From NCBI GenBank assembly GCA_013265495.1, contig MU058636.1:1674001-1738000 (forward strand): a stretch of 64,000 nucleotides of DNA, read 5' to 3'. How positions within the stretch are numbered: the first letter of the stretch is position 1; each line of letters starts with the position of its first letter. The notes beneath the pieces are model-generated. The model was not told the DNA's origin and did not search any database. It saw only the letters and a list, made by a program, of their open reading frames with translations. The position numbers and the translations under genes were made by a program. Origin of the DNA: Vicugna vicugna (taxonomy: Eukaryota). Below are positions 13,601 to 26,453 of the stretch, in pieces.

Positions 13601-13700
13601 AGGCATCTTTTTCTTGCGAGTGTTTTTTATGGTAAAAATGGCCACAAACACGCTCATTTAGAGTGTGGGTGTAGTGCAGGTGAGAGGGAGGGAAGGGAAG

Positions 13701-13872
13701 GAATTTCTGTTGTTTAAGCCCCCCCAGGCTGTGGTCCTTTTTTTTTTTTCAAATGGAGACACCGGGGATTGAACCCGGGACCTTGTGCATGATGAGCACA
13801 CGCTCTACCACTGAGCTGCACCCTCCCCGCCGTGGGTACTTTGTTGTGGCAGCCTTAGCAAACTCTTACACT
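13701..13872 (+). mobile_element. MaLR (MLT1-type) LTR 3' end, interrupted by a SINE
   Basis: gaatttctgttgtttaagcc...gtggt[SINE]...tactttgttgtggcagccttagcaaactcttaca. Confidence 0.7.
13738..13828 (-). mobile_element. tRNA-Ala-derived SINE (camelid Vic-1-like), short form
   Basis: Reverse complement GGGGAGGGTGCAGCTCAGTGGTAGAGCG...GGTTCAATCCCCGG...CCA + poly(A), with A- and B-box-like motifs. Confidence 0.85.
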
Positions 13873-13999
13873 GGAGTTCCAGTGTTGCAGGCCAATGCTA
13901 GTTTTTGTTTGTGTTATTTTTATCATTTTTGGCCGCCATAAAACACTGCAGACTCATACTGATGACATAAAAACCCTAAGAATTTTTTATGTAATCTGT

Positions 14000-14730
14000 T
14001 CATGTTCTAAGATAAAGAATATGGCCTTTGCCCCTAGTTACTAGCAGATGACCTCTAAGTCCTTGGGATCTGTTGAGTGATAGGAGTGTCTTCGCTATTC
14101 GTGGTGGGCCCTTCAACCACACCTGAGTTTATGCTAATGAGGTGATTCAGGACGGGGACTGGAGACTAGAGGGCTGGGACTTTGAGCCAGCCTGACCCCT
14201 TGGGAGGTAAGGAGGGCTGGAGATTGAATTTGATCACATGGCCAACGATTCAATCAATGATGCCTACATAATGAAATCCCAAAGAGAACTCTGAACGCTA
14301 TAAAATCTCAGGACGCTGAGGCTTGGGTGAATTTCCTGGTTCACCAGGAACTTCGATGTGCCAGGAAGATGATATATCCTGATTCCAGAGAAAAAGGGCA
14401 TGGAAGCTCTGCATTCAGAGCCCTCTAAGACCTCATCCTAGGTGTCTCTTCATTTGACTCATCCTGATTTGTATCCTTTATAGTAAAACTGTAATCATAA
14501 GCATACGCACAGTCCTTTTCTGAGACTTGTGAGTTGTTATAGTAAATTATCAAACCTGAGGGGATCGTGGGGACCCCAAATGTAGAGCTGGTTGGTCAGG
14601 AAGTATGTATGGCCTGGGGACCCCTGAACTTACAGCTAGCATCTAAACTGAGGATAGTCCTTTTGGTGACCGAGCCCTTGAATCTGCACCAACTCTGGGT
14701 GGTTAGTGTCAGAACTGCACTGCAGTATTG
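14000..14730 (+). mobile_element. ERV LTR, MER21-like solo LTR
   Basis: cacctgagtttatgctaatgaggtga...ggagattgaatt...tcaatcaatgatgcctacataatgaaa...cctgatttgtatcctttatagtaaaactgtaatcataag...ggttagtgtcagaa matches my recollection of MER21C. Confidence 0.75.
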
Positions 14731-14789
14731 CTGTTTACAAGGCAGGATATTCCCAACCAGTACTTAGGCTGTTAATTTTCTTAAAACAT

Positions 14790-15130
14790 CATTCATTTCT
14801 TTTATTCTGATTGCAAAGTTATATATATCTATCATAGAAAACATTTTAATATAGAAAAATATTGCAGAGAAAATAAAAATTAGCTATAATCCCATACGAC
14901 TGAAGAAACACAATTCACTTTAGTTGAATGCTGTTGTCTGTTTACCTATCTGCTTAACAAAACTGGAGTCATACCACATCTTTTTGATTTGTAAAGTGTG
15001 ATTTTTCACTCAGTATTATATTAAGATGTTTTCCCACATTGATAGAAACCCCCTACAGACATTTTTAATGACTGCATAATTTTCCATCCCATGTATGTAC
15101 CATAATACATATAATAATTCCTCTATTGAA
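14790..15130 (-). mobile_element. Old L1ME-type fragment
   Basis: AT-rich; catttttaatgactgcataattttccat...tgtaccataat is typical of reversed old L1 3' ends. Confidence 0.55.
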
Positions 15131-15250
15131 CATTCATTTATTCAAATATATTTGTTGAGTATCTACTATATATTAGGTACTAGAAACATAGTAATAAACA
15201 TGACAGATCAAGTCTTTGTCCTCCAGGAGTTACTATTCCAATGGGGGAAA
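15131..15250 (-). mobile_element. LINE-2 3' end
   Basis: cattcatttattcaaatatatttgttgagtatctactat...tgtcctccaggagttactattccaatggggg. Confidence 0.65.
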
Positions 15251-15260
15251 TACAAGAAAA

Positions 15261-15396
15261 TTTTTTATTATTATTATTTTTTGCCACTGGGGGAGGTAAT
15301 TAGGTTTATTTATTTTTAAATGGAGATTCTGGGGATTGAACCCAGGACCTCATGCATGCCAAGTATGTGCTCCACCACTGAGATATACCCTTCCCC
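15261..15396 (-). mobile_element. tRNA-Ala-derived SINE (Vic-1-like), long form
   Basis: gggggaggtaattaggtttatttatttttaaatggag...ggggattgaacccaggacctcatgcatg...ccactgagatatacccttcccc. Confidence 0.88.
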
Positions 15397-15707
15397 ACAA
15401 TGGGAGAAATTTTTTAAATGAGCAATTAAATATGTAATATGGTGTCAGATTATGACAGTTGTATGAAAAAAGATGAAGCAGGGAGCTGTAGGTTAAAATA
15501 ATAAATTAAACATATGCATCCAATTTCACCCCTCTGGAAACACCACTAAAACCATATAAAGTGATTTTTCTGAGACATATCCCTGACTCTGAGTGAAGGA
15601 GAGGAAAGAAAGGTAGGATGGAATGGGAGCAACCTAGACTGCCCTGGAGTCTAAGGAAGGTTTGAAAAAGCTCTCATGGACTTCTCTAGTCAAGGTCAGC
15701 TGTCACT

Positions 15708-16850
15708 CTTAGAAGAACACATATGGCTAAATCTCATGGCGTTGGGTTTGGCAAAGGGTTCTTAGCTATGACCCAAAAGCACATGCAACAAAAGAAAAAA
15801 AAAGGTAAATTGGACTTCATCAAAATTAAAACTTTTTGTACATCAAAGGACATAATCAAGAAAGTAAAAAGACTATCTATATAGTGGAAGAAAATATTTA
15901 CAAGTTATATACTTATCTGATAAGGAATTTGTAACCAGAATATGTAAAGAACTCTTACAACTCCACAATAAAAAGACAAATAACCTGATTAAAACATGGG
16001 CAAAGGATCCAAACAGACAGTTTGCCAAAGAAGATACACAAATGGCCAAAAAGCATGTAAGAAGATGTTCTACATTGTTAATCATTAGGGAAACACAAAT
16101 AAAAATCACAATGACGTACCACTTCACACAGACTAGGATGGCTTCAATTTTTTTTTTAAAAAAAGGAAAATAACAAGTGAAGAAATGAAGACATGAAGAA
16201 ATTGGAACCCTTGTACTTTGCTGGTGAGAATGTAAAAAGGTTCTGCTGCTATGGAAAACAGCTTGGTGGTATCTTAAAAAGTTAAATATATAATTACCAT
16301 ATGACCTAGCAATTTTATTTCTAGGTATATACTCCAAAGAACTGAGAAGAGGTACTCAAGCAAGTACATGTATACACATGTTCAAAGCAACATCATTCAC
16401 AATAGCCCAAAGGGTAAATAGTCCAAATGTCCATCAACAGATAATGGATGTACAAACTGTGGTACATACGTATGATGGAATGCAAGTCAACTGTAAATGA
16501 GAATGAAGTACTGACACACACTATAAGACGGATGAACCTTGAAAACACTGTGCTAAGTGAAAGAAGCCAGACACAAAGGGTCACATGTTGTATAATCTCA
16601 TTTATATGAAATATCCAGAATAAGTAAATCCATAGAGATAGAAAGCAGACTGGTAGTTTCCAGAAGCTGGGGGGAGGGAGGAATGGGGAGCAACTGCTTA
16701 CTGAATATGGGGTTTCCTTTTAGGGTAAAGAAAACATTTTGGAACTGGACAGAGGTGATGGTTGCACAACACTGTGAATGTACCAATTGCCACTCAATTG
16801 TTCGCTTTAGAGTGATTAATTTTGTTACGTGTCACCTCAAACAAAAAAGA
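15708..16850 (+). mobile_element. L1 (L1MB-like) ORF2 3' end plus 3' UTR, degraded
   Basis: ggacttcatcaaaattaaaacttttt...aaagaagatacacaaatggcc...ccatatgacctagcaatt...gatgaaccttgaaaaca...gatggttgcacaacactgtgaatg; the frame is broken. Confidence 0.9.
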
Positions 16851-17119
16851 ATGGCAAAGGATTAGCTAAGAGGAAAATAAAAGTCAGCCATCAGCTAATT
16901 CCCGTGCCTCTAGGGAATGTCTGCTTGAGTATTCCTGTTATGCTTCCTTATTGGCTGGGAGCAGCCAATGGGAAGAGCAGCCCAGCCCCAAATGCAGTGA
17001 CAGATGGCAGAGTGTGGCAGCTGGGGCCTGGGTTAGTTACACACCCTGTAATTGGAGCTCTGCTAGTTACACCTCTTGGCTACCAACTCTCTGTTCCTGG
17101 GTTGCTCCTCCTAGGTTTG

Positions 17120-17275
17120 CTGGGTTTGAATTTCAGCTCTTCCATTTACTGTAGGACATTGGGGAAGTTACTTAATCTCTTCATGCCTCATTTTCCTCAA
17201 CTGAAATATAGGGTGAAATTAGCTAATACTTGAAAGTGCTTGCCACATGACAAATGGTTCAATAAATATGATGAT
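17120..17275 (+). mobile_element. MIR SINE
   Basis: ctgggtttgaatttcagctcttccatttact...gaagttacttaatctcttcatgcctcattttcctca (MIR core). Confidence 0.75.
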
Positions 17276-17329
17276 TATAGTAGTACTCAAAATGTCATTC
17301 TCCACTTAGAGATTAGATACATTTTTTCA

Positions 17330-17581
17330 AAAAATTTTTAATTCTTTTATTTTTATTTTATTTTTAAATTGAAGTATAGTTGATTTACAATGTTGTATTA
17401 GTTTCAAGTGATTCAACTGTACATATATATATATATTCTTTTTCATATTCTTTTCCACTATAGTTTATTACAAGATATTGAATACAGTTCCCTGTGCTAT
17501 ATAGCAGGTCTTTGTTGTTTATCTATTTTATACATAGTAGTGTGTATATGTTAATTCCAAACTCTAATTTATCCCTCCCCC
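17330..17581 (-). mobile_element. Artiodactyl/camelid-type L1 3' end
   Basis: aattgaagtatagttgatttacaatgttg...agttccctgtgctatatagcaggtc; flanks tagatacattttttc and tagataaattttattc look like a decayed TSD. Confidence 0.88.
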
Positions 17582-17999
17582 TAGATAAATTTTATTCTAG
17601 TTTATTATGTCTTCATTTTTAATGCAACACTTTAATCCATCAGAAATTTACTTTTATGTTTGGTGTGAGGGTCCAAATAAATCTTTTTTCCAATTTTTTT
17701 CACAGCAATTACTAAATAAGTCTCTTCCTTGTTGACCTTTTAATATTTAATTTATCCATATGTTGAGTTTATATGTATACAAGGATCTGTATGTCACCTA
17801 TTTTTTCATTAATCTTTTTGTCTATTCTTGTACTAGGAAACAATTCTATTATTGTAATTTTATAATACATAAATCATCAGCCCTCATTAGCCTCTTTTTC
17901 CAAAAACTTCTTAGTTTTCTCACGTTTATTATTTTATCTAAACTTCGAAATTTTTAAATGCCAAATCTCAGTGTGATTTTGATTGGAATAACATGGAGT

Positions 18000-18146
18000 T
18001 GCTTTTATAAGGGCACTAATCCCATTCATGAGGGCGGCATCCTCATGACCTAGTCACCTCCCAGAAGCCCCGCCTCCACCACATCACATGGGGGGGATAG
18101 GTTCCACATGTGAATTTTGGGGAGACAAAAATTTTCAGTCTATAGC
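18000..18146 (-). mobile_element. MaLR LTR fragment (MLT1A/MST-like)
   Basis: cttttataagggcactaatcccattcatgagggc...ctcatgacctagtcacctcccagaagccccgcctcc...gaattttggggagaca...ttcagtctatagc. Confidence 0.75.
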
Positions 18147-18250
18147 CTCTGAACATTTATGCATTGGTCCTTTATATCTCTCAATAAAGATTTGTAGTTT
18201 ATTACTTTCTGTGTAAATACTACTAATTGCTTATTAGCATTATACCTAGA

Positions 18251-18287
18251 TGTGAGTGTGTGTGTGAGTGTGTGTGTGTGTGTGTGG
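18251..18287. repeat. (TG)n microsatellite, interrupted
   Basis: Seen directly. Confidence 0.9.
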
Positions 18288-21200
18288 TGGGAGGAGGTTG
18301 CTTCTACCATAAAGAGATTTTTTTCCCATTATGTGTCTCACTGATTATTTTTACACTTAGAAATGAACCCAGCTTCTGGGATATCCAAGGTGTCCTTCTT
18401 AGCTGATAAAACAAACAGAAAAAACTTGATTTTTTTTCTTTATCAACTATTGCTACCAGGTAATACGCAGTAGACTTAACATCCAGAAACATTAAACCCT
18501 TACAGTAAGTAATCCAGGACAAATGGCTCCTATAACACTGTGTCCTACTCAGCCTTCGTCCAGCTAAGCATGGACACCTGCATTTGGGTCTTTCTAAATA
18601 TTACCAATGGAGAAGCTTAAGGACGGAGGGACTTGATGATGATGCCATCAACAAATACTACCTCCCACTTTTATAAAGAAAACACTGTTGCCAGAGCTAT
18701 CGGCTTCTGCTGCAAACTCTCCTCTGCTCCTCAGGCACTGAGACTCCTGGAAACAAAAGCCGCTGGGGCTCAGGCAGTGGAGCTGCCTGGAATAAAGCCC
18801 CGGAAGAGAGACGCCGGCTGCAGGTGGTTTGCTTTTCCTCTCTCTAGACCAATCAAATGGGGAGCCAGTGAACCACCTAGTTCCATCCAGCCTTCTAACA
18901 GTGGTAAAGGACAGGATAGGGAAGAAGCTCAGGTCAGTCCCTGTGAGGGCCATCACCTAGACCAGGACGCATCTCACTCATCCCTCAGACCATCTTCCAA
19001 AGGAGTTCTACCAGTAACAGCACGCACCCCGCACCCTGCACAGCCGCGGGAGACTTCGTGTTCCAGGGCACTGGCCTTGCCAGGTCTCGAATGTACACGC
19101 AGAACAAGCGGTGACCTTAGAGAAACTTGCCTCTGTTTCAGTGACCTGGTCTTATCTCTTATGACCAAAGCATGTTCATTCTTCCACATCAGTCTCTCCC
19201 CGCACTGGTCTGGCACCCTTACTCTCCTAGGGAAGAGCGTCAGATGGCCCATCTGAGTGGAGTCCGTTCCTGCAAGGACAAGGGTGGCTTGTACTAAAGC
19301 CCTAGGGCCACTTCTCACCTTTCCTTATGCAAAATGTTGTTTCTGGGGGGACAAGACATGCTTCCTCAGACACCCAGCCCGCCTTCCAATACAGAGCAAA
19401 ATCCTGGAAAAGCACGTTCTGCTGGACCCTGCAGCTTTGGCTGAGAGACACCTGGCCACGCCCTGTCTCTTACGTCAACAGACGCTGCCTCCGGAGACCC
19501 TGTGGTGTCTGCCACCAAAGCAGATGCAGGGATCTAGACCCTAATTCAATGGCCTTATATTTTTCTACAAGCTTGTAGAAAAACGTCTCCCCCTTTTCCT
19601 CCTCCTTCTCATCCTCCTCCTCTGGAACTGGCTTTATTTATCACAGGAATTCAAGAGGACTCCCTGCTTTCCTGGGGTCTGAGCCCCGAGCAACCTTACA
19701 CTGTACATGCTCCCTGCTGTTCCTCGCTCCATCTGGGCCTGTTGGCCAGACTCTGCTTTCAGTGCCTTCCTCCACTGATGTCAGCAGCTTCTTAATCCCA
19801 AGTTGTAGGGCACAGGGTTTTTTTCTGAAGTGTTTGGACGCATCTTCAGGATGATCATGAAAGCCTGTGCTTCTCTCCACATTGCCAGACTTCTTGCTGG
19901 AGTCACTGGTGACTCTAGAGCCCCGGGTGACAGGAATTTGTAACATTCACTGAAGCAGAGGTGTGTGTTAGCCACGTTCAGGTCCTCCTCTCTGGGAGCT
20001 GGCCTCGTACCCCCGGGAACAGATCCTCACATTTAGATCACTTGTGGCTTGTGCACCTGGCATGCAGAGAGCAAGAGAGGAGTGAAGACAGACACAGAAG
20101 GGCAGAGGTGAGCGGCAGAGCGGAGCCTCAGGTTCACGTCCGGCCCCCAGCCCGTTCGCAAGGCCGGAGGCATCCTTGTCTCTGGGATGCCTCCTGGATC
20201 TTCCCAACAAACTCTCAGGTTTTGCATAAGGTGGTTTCAGTTGGTTTACATTTGAAAGCCAGCACACAGACATTCTAGTGCGGAGAGCCATGTATCAGCC
20301 CTGATGTGGGATAAATGTTTCCCGTTGCCACTGGAAAAAGACACACAGATCTACGTAAGGTAAGATTCAGGTGTAAGTCAGGATGCAGCTCCCGAGAGCT
20401 GAGGTCCCGTGCTCTTTCTTGCCCTTTCAGGTCGGGGCAGAGAAGAAGCAGCTGGATGTGAGAGACTTTCGGGCTGGCCAGCAAATCAGGCTCAGCCTCT
20501 CGGGAGGGCCAGGACCGACTGGGGCCTTGCTCCAGGCCTGGGACGTGGGGTGGACATGAGGCAGCGTGTGAGTAGGGAGGTTGGAAAAGGCAGAATTAGA
20601 TGGAAAGTGGTGAATCCTCAGTGCCAGGCGTCAACGCCCAGAACGGGCGAGGAGTCAGAAGCTCAGAGTTAAGGAAGCAAGGACTGGCCCAGGCCACCAG
20701 AAACTCTCCCTCAGTTCCTGCATTCTACATCCTCAAAGACATGATTGTTCCTGTACGAATCTTTCTCCTGCTTGCTTTCAGGCCAGAAAATCAGATCCGG
20801 GCATAAGCAAGCGGAGCTGACCCATTCACACTAACGACTGGAAGCCGAGGTCTGGAGAGGAGATCTCTGTGCTCTGCGGGGACCTCTGATCCAGCCGGAT
20901 CCGACCAAGGCCTGAGCTGGCTGGTGGATTCTGAGGACCTGGTTCCAGGAAAGAAACCCTTGGTTCATCCTCCTGCCTTGTGTGCAGCCCAAAGCGCTTG
21001 CTTATTCTTTGAAACGGTGTTTTATGCATCTGTCCAACCAACATTTATTGGAAGTCTACCATGTTGCAGGTGGATACCTACATGAGAATAAGATGGGGGA
21101 GGGCACCAGTGACTCTTATATCAACATCCCAAAGGTCTTTTTACTTAAAGACTGAGAGAAAATGTCCGTTTAACAGCAATGAGCTGGCATTTATTTGGTC

Positions 21201-23031
21201 CCTTACGTCCCTGGCCTCATGCCAGACACTTCTGTGCCTCATCTCATTTCAGATGCACAAGGACCTTACAGAGAGGGTACTGTCACTACCTCCTTCTTAC
21301 CTCCAAGGACACTGAGGTGCAGAGTGGGAGACACACTCACCCAACTTGACAGAGCCTGGCTTTGGACGCAGACAGCCTGACCCCACAGCCTGCGCTCCCA
21401 AATCTTACATTATCTGGGTTATGCTGGGATGGGAGTCCCACTTGGATGAGAAAGAGCCCTCCTTTGGAAGGGACCAGGTGGAGATGAACCCTGGCCTCCC
21501 ACAGAAGTCCCAGTCTGCAAGATTCAGGCAGATACCCACGGAAATACCCAGCAGTCACCTCCGTGGCCAACTGCCTGGGCTCTTTAGAGATGAACCGCGC
21601 GGGCCATTCATCATGGGCTGATGGTGGTGCTGGCTCTCTGGGCTTAGGCCCATCTCCATTAACATCATCTAGTTTCTAGACTTTTCCTCCTTAAGAACGG
21701 TTCCCACCAGCAGCAGCAGAACTCCCCACCACCTCTTTCATTATCTCGGCTTTTCTTCCCCTTAATTACTATTGAGCTCCTGGCCGATTAAATTAGTTTT
21801 CTGAGGTCTTTTCTGAAATCTTGGGGAAATTATCTAAAAATCATGAAATCAATTCCCTTACGCTGTTTTAATCTTTTATGCCCTGGGCTCAAAGAAGGAC
21901 GGGCAGACAAGTGCGGGCCCTCCGAGAGTGCGCAGTCCTACGCTGCCTGCCAGCCTTCTAGGGCCTTTGTGGACCATCTGGGTCAATTTCCTTCCAAGTA
22001 AATGAAATGCAAATAAAAATTCCAGCAGTTTTTCAGCTGCCGGCTGCCCAGCTGATTAGCATGACAGAGGCTGGGAGATGAGGCCTGACCCGGTGCACTT
22101 CCCTCATCTCATTAAGTTGTAACTCCACCGCGGCCGCATTCATGCTGTTTACTGACGCTGAAAGGCGTCTTTATCCAAAACTAGCTAAATTCACATTCAG
22201 AGTTTTTACTTGGAAGTCTTGCCTGCTCCAGCCTCCACATGAAAGTGAACCTATTGTGACGAACTCCTGTGTCCTGCTGATTCTGAAACAATCTGGAGGT
22301 TTCCCCTCCAAAAAGGTTTATTTCACAAGTTTGTATCCTTCCCTCTTCCTCCCCCAGCTTCCAAATGCGCGGGGGCAGCCGGTGCAGGAAGAGGTAGGGG
22401 CGCGCGTGGGAGGAATCCTAAAGTCAAGTTCGATGATGCTGGCAAGAGAGGGTCTGAGAGGCTTTTGGTCTGGACAATCCCCACATCTGTAGGTACCACG
22501 GCTGCTCAAAGCTTTCTCAACGAGGTGCTTGGCTGCGGGGACCTCCGGCCAGGCGCTCAGCTTCCCGCATCACATCTCCTCATCTCCCTCTTTGACAAAG
22601 CGTTTGAACCACAGAGTTCAATTCTATCTGTATCCACTACCACCCATGAAAACATATCGAGACAGCAGCCTAGATTTTCCGCGGGAGGGGCTGGGGTGGG
22701 GAGGGGGCAGTTCTTACTCTTTCTCGGCTGGGCATTTACATGCGGAGGAATGATTCACTCAGGGTCGAGGCTGGGACGTCCCGGGACCCTGTGACCCTCC
22801 CCCGTTTTCATATGAGAGAATTTCTGCAGAGGATCTCTATCCCCCTCTCTCCCGCCCTTCAATGGGGACAAGGATGCTTCTCTTTGCAAACCGGGAATGA
22901 GGGGAGAGGAGGGGAAATTCGAGAGAGGGAGGCAGCAGACATTTTCATCTGTAAAATTCTGTTGGAGTTGTAGCTGGGAGAGAGCTTTAAAATCGAGTTT
23001 AATGAATAATCTGGGTGATGAATGACTTTTT

Positions 23032-23142
23032 TTAAAAAATTGGGGGGGGGTAATTAGGTTTGTTTGTTTATTGTAAGCAGAATCCCCAAGACCTCATGCG
23101 TGCTAAAGCACAGCGCCCTACCAATGAGCTATACCTTCCCCC
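23032..23142 (-). mobile_element. Vic-1-like SINE with perfect 16-bp TSD
   Basis: ggggtaattaggtttgtttgtttatt...gacctcatgcgtgcta...ctaccaatgagctataccttcccc, flanked by TGATGAATGACTTTTT at 23016-23031 and 23143-23158. Confidence 0.88.
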
Positions 23143-23964
23143 TGATGAATGACTTTTTGATGTGAAAGTGAAGCCTGAAGGCTCTGCTGTGCAGGGACTC
23201 CTGTGGGTGAATGGGTGGGTGTCCTCCAGAGCCTGCAGAGACCACCAGCGGCCTAGAAAACACTTCCAATCAAGTACACGGCATTGGCTCTGTTGCAATG
23301 TTTCATCAGTCTGCAAAACGATCTTGATCTTGCCCTTGCAGGATCTGTGCTGAGTGTTATAATAATTCAGTTTTCATTAACATCTCTTCCTACGCTCTGT
23401 TTTTCTTTGACGGCTGGTTTAACAGCTCAGCAGGTTGGTCACTTTGTAGGTTGGCCCAGATTTCCCTGGCTGTTGATGAAACCATTTTGTTTCTCTTCTG
23501 CTGGCCAACTGGAGGGGGTGGGTGGAGCCAGGGCTGGGAGGGAGGGACCATCTTGCGGACTGTGAGACTGTGGGAAGGGCTGTCAGATGGGCTGGCTTGC
23601 TTGGCTACAGAGGTCTGAGCGATCCCATGAGGTCTGTAACTGTAGAGGAGCAAAAGAAAGTGCCAGGGAGTGGCTTTGTTTGGAGGAAGGGCTGGCCCAG
23701 GCCAGGCCACTTTATCATGGGCTGCAATGATGGACAGTCAGGTCTGAGAGTCGAGACGGTGTCTGGTGGGTGACTACAGGAATTATGATGGACATGGGTA
23801 ACCCAAGTGGGCCGGCCTGCCTGTCTCGCTGAGTGGATGCTGCCTTCCAGAAACTAGCAGAACCCACTCGAGGTGCCGTTTATAAAGGGTCGTCTGACAG
23901 CACAACATCCCCCTCGTTCCTCACGACCCTGCATTTCACAGATTGGGAAACTGAGGCCATTGTG

Positions 23965-24063
23965 GTATCATATGATATTTGTCTTTGTCTGACTGACTTC
24001 ACTTAATATGATTGTCTCTAGGTCTATCCATGTTGCTGCAAATGGCATGATTTCATTCTTTTT
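23965..24063 (-). mobile_element. L1 fragment
   Basis: atcatatgatatttgtcttt...acttcacttaatatga...tctaggtctatccatgttgctgcaaatggcatgatttcattcttttt. Confidence 0.8.
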
Positions 24064-25919
24064 GAAAAGATGTCATTTTGTTTTGTTTTCCCCTATTCAG
24101 GTCACTGCTTAAGGGATTCAGACCTTAAGGAAATGGTTTAGATCTTTTTAATGAAGTTTAGATTTTTTAAAAAAAACACTCAGACAGTAGACAGTGGATC
24201 TTTGTGGCTCTACTTACTTTGTCGAGTCATCCCAGGATACAGCAGCAGAAATATGGTGTAATAGCAGCGATAAACAGAAGACATCAGTGCATAAATGCTG
24301 GGGCGAGGGAAGACTTTGGACCACTTGGTCAAGACCATCTCAAGTGTAGGGACTGTCATATATGCAGGCTTAGTCATTTCTCTTGAGAGCAAGAGAGAGA
24401 GAATGCCTCAGGACACACAGCTTTGCTCTTTCAATAATCCAGTGGGTCCCTCCTTCAACAGCAACACTGGCTGGGTTAGGCAGTGACTCCTCCTGCCCTT
24501 GTAAAGTGAGACTAAATACCTTTGATGATTTTTGGAAAGAACGTGATGTCTGGCTAGAATCACTAATTCTGCAGGGAGTTTCTCACATTCTCAGTTTGCT
24601 AGGCCAGTGGTGGGAGTCCCTTTAAAGCTGGGTAAGAGAAATGTGGATGAATTTTTTGGCATCAAAATAAATAACCACCCAAAATGAATGTACTGTAATG
24701 AAACATCTAAACCCCCAAAGATGTTTTCCTTTAGGAGGGTCATGCAGACCTTGTTACAAGTCTACCAGGCAATTAAGAAGTATACTGTTTTAAAACTGAT
24801 TCATTAAAATATAATCTGATGGAAAGATGAGGAAAAGGTTGATTCCTGACATTTGCCCGGCCATGTAAAAAGGATTTTCAGAGCAGTGGCTGATGGAGAC
24901 ACTGCATCCCAGGGGATGACAATTCATTCTTTCATAAAAACAAAGACCCTGACGTCACCATTTTGCTTAAGCTCCAGGTTACAAACTTTCCCCATCTCTC
25001 TCTATGTTCCCTTCTCACTTGCCCTACTATTCACCCCTTGCCAGCCTCCCTCCCAAGGTCTCAGTACTGCTCAGTACTTCGTGGTCACTGGAAGGTCCCC
25101 AGTCCAGAAAATTTTCACTCTTCCTTCCACAAAGTATCTCAGGGTGCAAAATCTACTCTTCCTCTTTCTCCTCGCCCCATCTGAACTGTTCAGCAGCAAA
25201 GCAAATCTCAGTTAAGTGTTGAGGAAACATCAGGCTCAATAAACTAATACACTCTAAGGTGTGAATGATTGATAGTCCCATAAAAACCCCATAGCTATTT
25301 ACATTTTAAAGGATGTATGCACCCTACTGAATCTCTATTTGCATGCATTTCAAGCTAGGGAAGCAGAGATTTTTCTTTTCTAACCACATAAGCAATTTGA
25401 AACCTGTCATATAAGAGGTCAGATCTTCTCACTTAGAATTACTTCACTGGTTTGGTTAAAACCACTGGGGTTGCATTTTTATTCTCATGGTCCTATGCCT
25501 AATGCTTTCTTGGCAAAGCAACTTGATGAGATAAACAAGTTTTCTGCACTTGATTCTTGCAAATTGAGACCTAGATGAAGGGGGTTCTCTGGCCATCTTG
25601 ACTCTCTCCATCCTTGCAGGACCAGATAGAAAGCACCCCAAAGAGCCAGCCAGGCTGCAGGAAGGCCACGACTCTGGTGGCATTTAGCCAGATGAGGACT
25701 GAGGCAAACTCTGACTTGCATAGCAGTCTCACGGGGCTCCCGGCTCCCTGCCTCCTCGTAGACTCTGCTGTAGCCCCTTAACCCCCTGAGCTGTAGATTT
25801 GGTCCCACTCCCAGAACTCGGAGCTCCAGGTGTCGGGAAGAGAAGGACCCCGGATGGTTACGCACGGAAGACCAGCACTTGTCTGGAGTGTTTTCCTCGC
25901 TGCTGTCATTGTGTTTGCG

Positions 25920-26095
25920 GAACATTTACTAACTGACAGGCACCATGTTAAGTATTTCATCTCTACAGCAGGCCTACTGAGATGGTAAAAGGGAGACTCA
26001 GAAGTGAAGCAGCTTCCCCAAGGTACCACAGCTAGGAGAACAGAGCCGCGGTTCAAACCTAGAGCTGTCTACCCCTGAGTCCCGGCTCTTAACCT
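25920..26095 (-). mobile_element. MIR/L2 fragment
   Basis: gagactcagaagtgaagcagcttccccaaggtaccacagctagg...agagccgcggttcaaacctag. Confidence 0.55.
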
Positions 26096-26226
26096 GCTCT
26101 GTCTGAGTATATGCAATAAAAGGAGCATCGTGACACAGGGTCCCTCCGTGAGTAGGGCCCGTTCCTCTAGCAGGCACAGCAGGCCCGGTGCCTAGGGCTC
26201 CCAGTGCCTTTATGGCCCTTGACAAT

Positions 26227-26453
26227 GTTTTTTTTTAAATTCACGTGTAGTCAGTTTACAATGTTGTGCCAATTTCTGGTATACAGCGTGTAACAGTTCA
26301 GTCCTACATATACATACATCTATTCCTTTTCATATTCCTTTTCATTATAGGTCACTACAAGATATTGAATATAGTTCCCTGTGCTACACAGTAGAAACTT
26401 GCTGTTTATCTATTTAATATATAGTAGTGTGTATCTGCAGATCTCGAACTCCA
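26227..26453 (-). mobile_element. Artiodactyl/camelid-type L1 3' end
   Basis: tagtcagtttacaatgttgtg...ctacaagatattgaatatagttccctgtgctacacagtag. Confidence 0.85.

Noticed and set aside
13753..13828. Possible tRNA gene
   Set aside because: The acceptor stem pairs poorly, the anticodon loop is mutated, there is a poly(A) tail, and it is inserted in an LTR. It is a SINE.
15873..16786. Minus-strand ORFs of up to 154 aa
   Set aside because: Antisense translations of a degraded L1.
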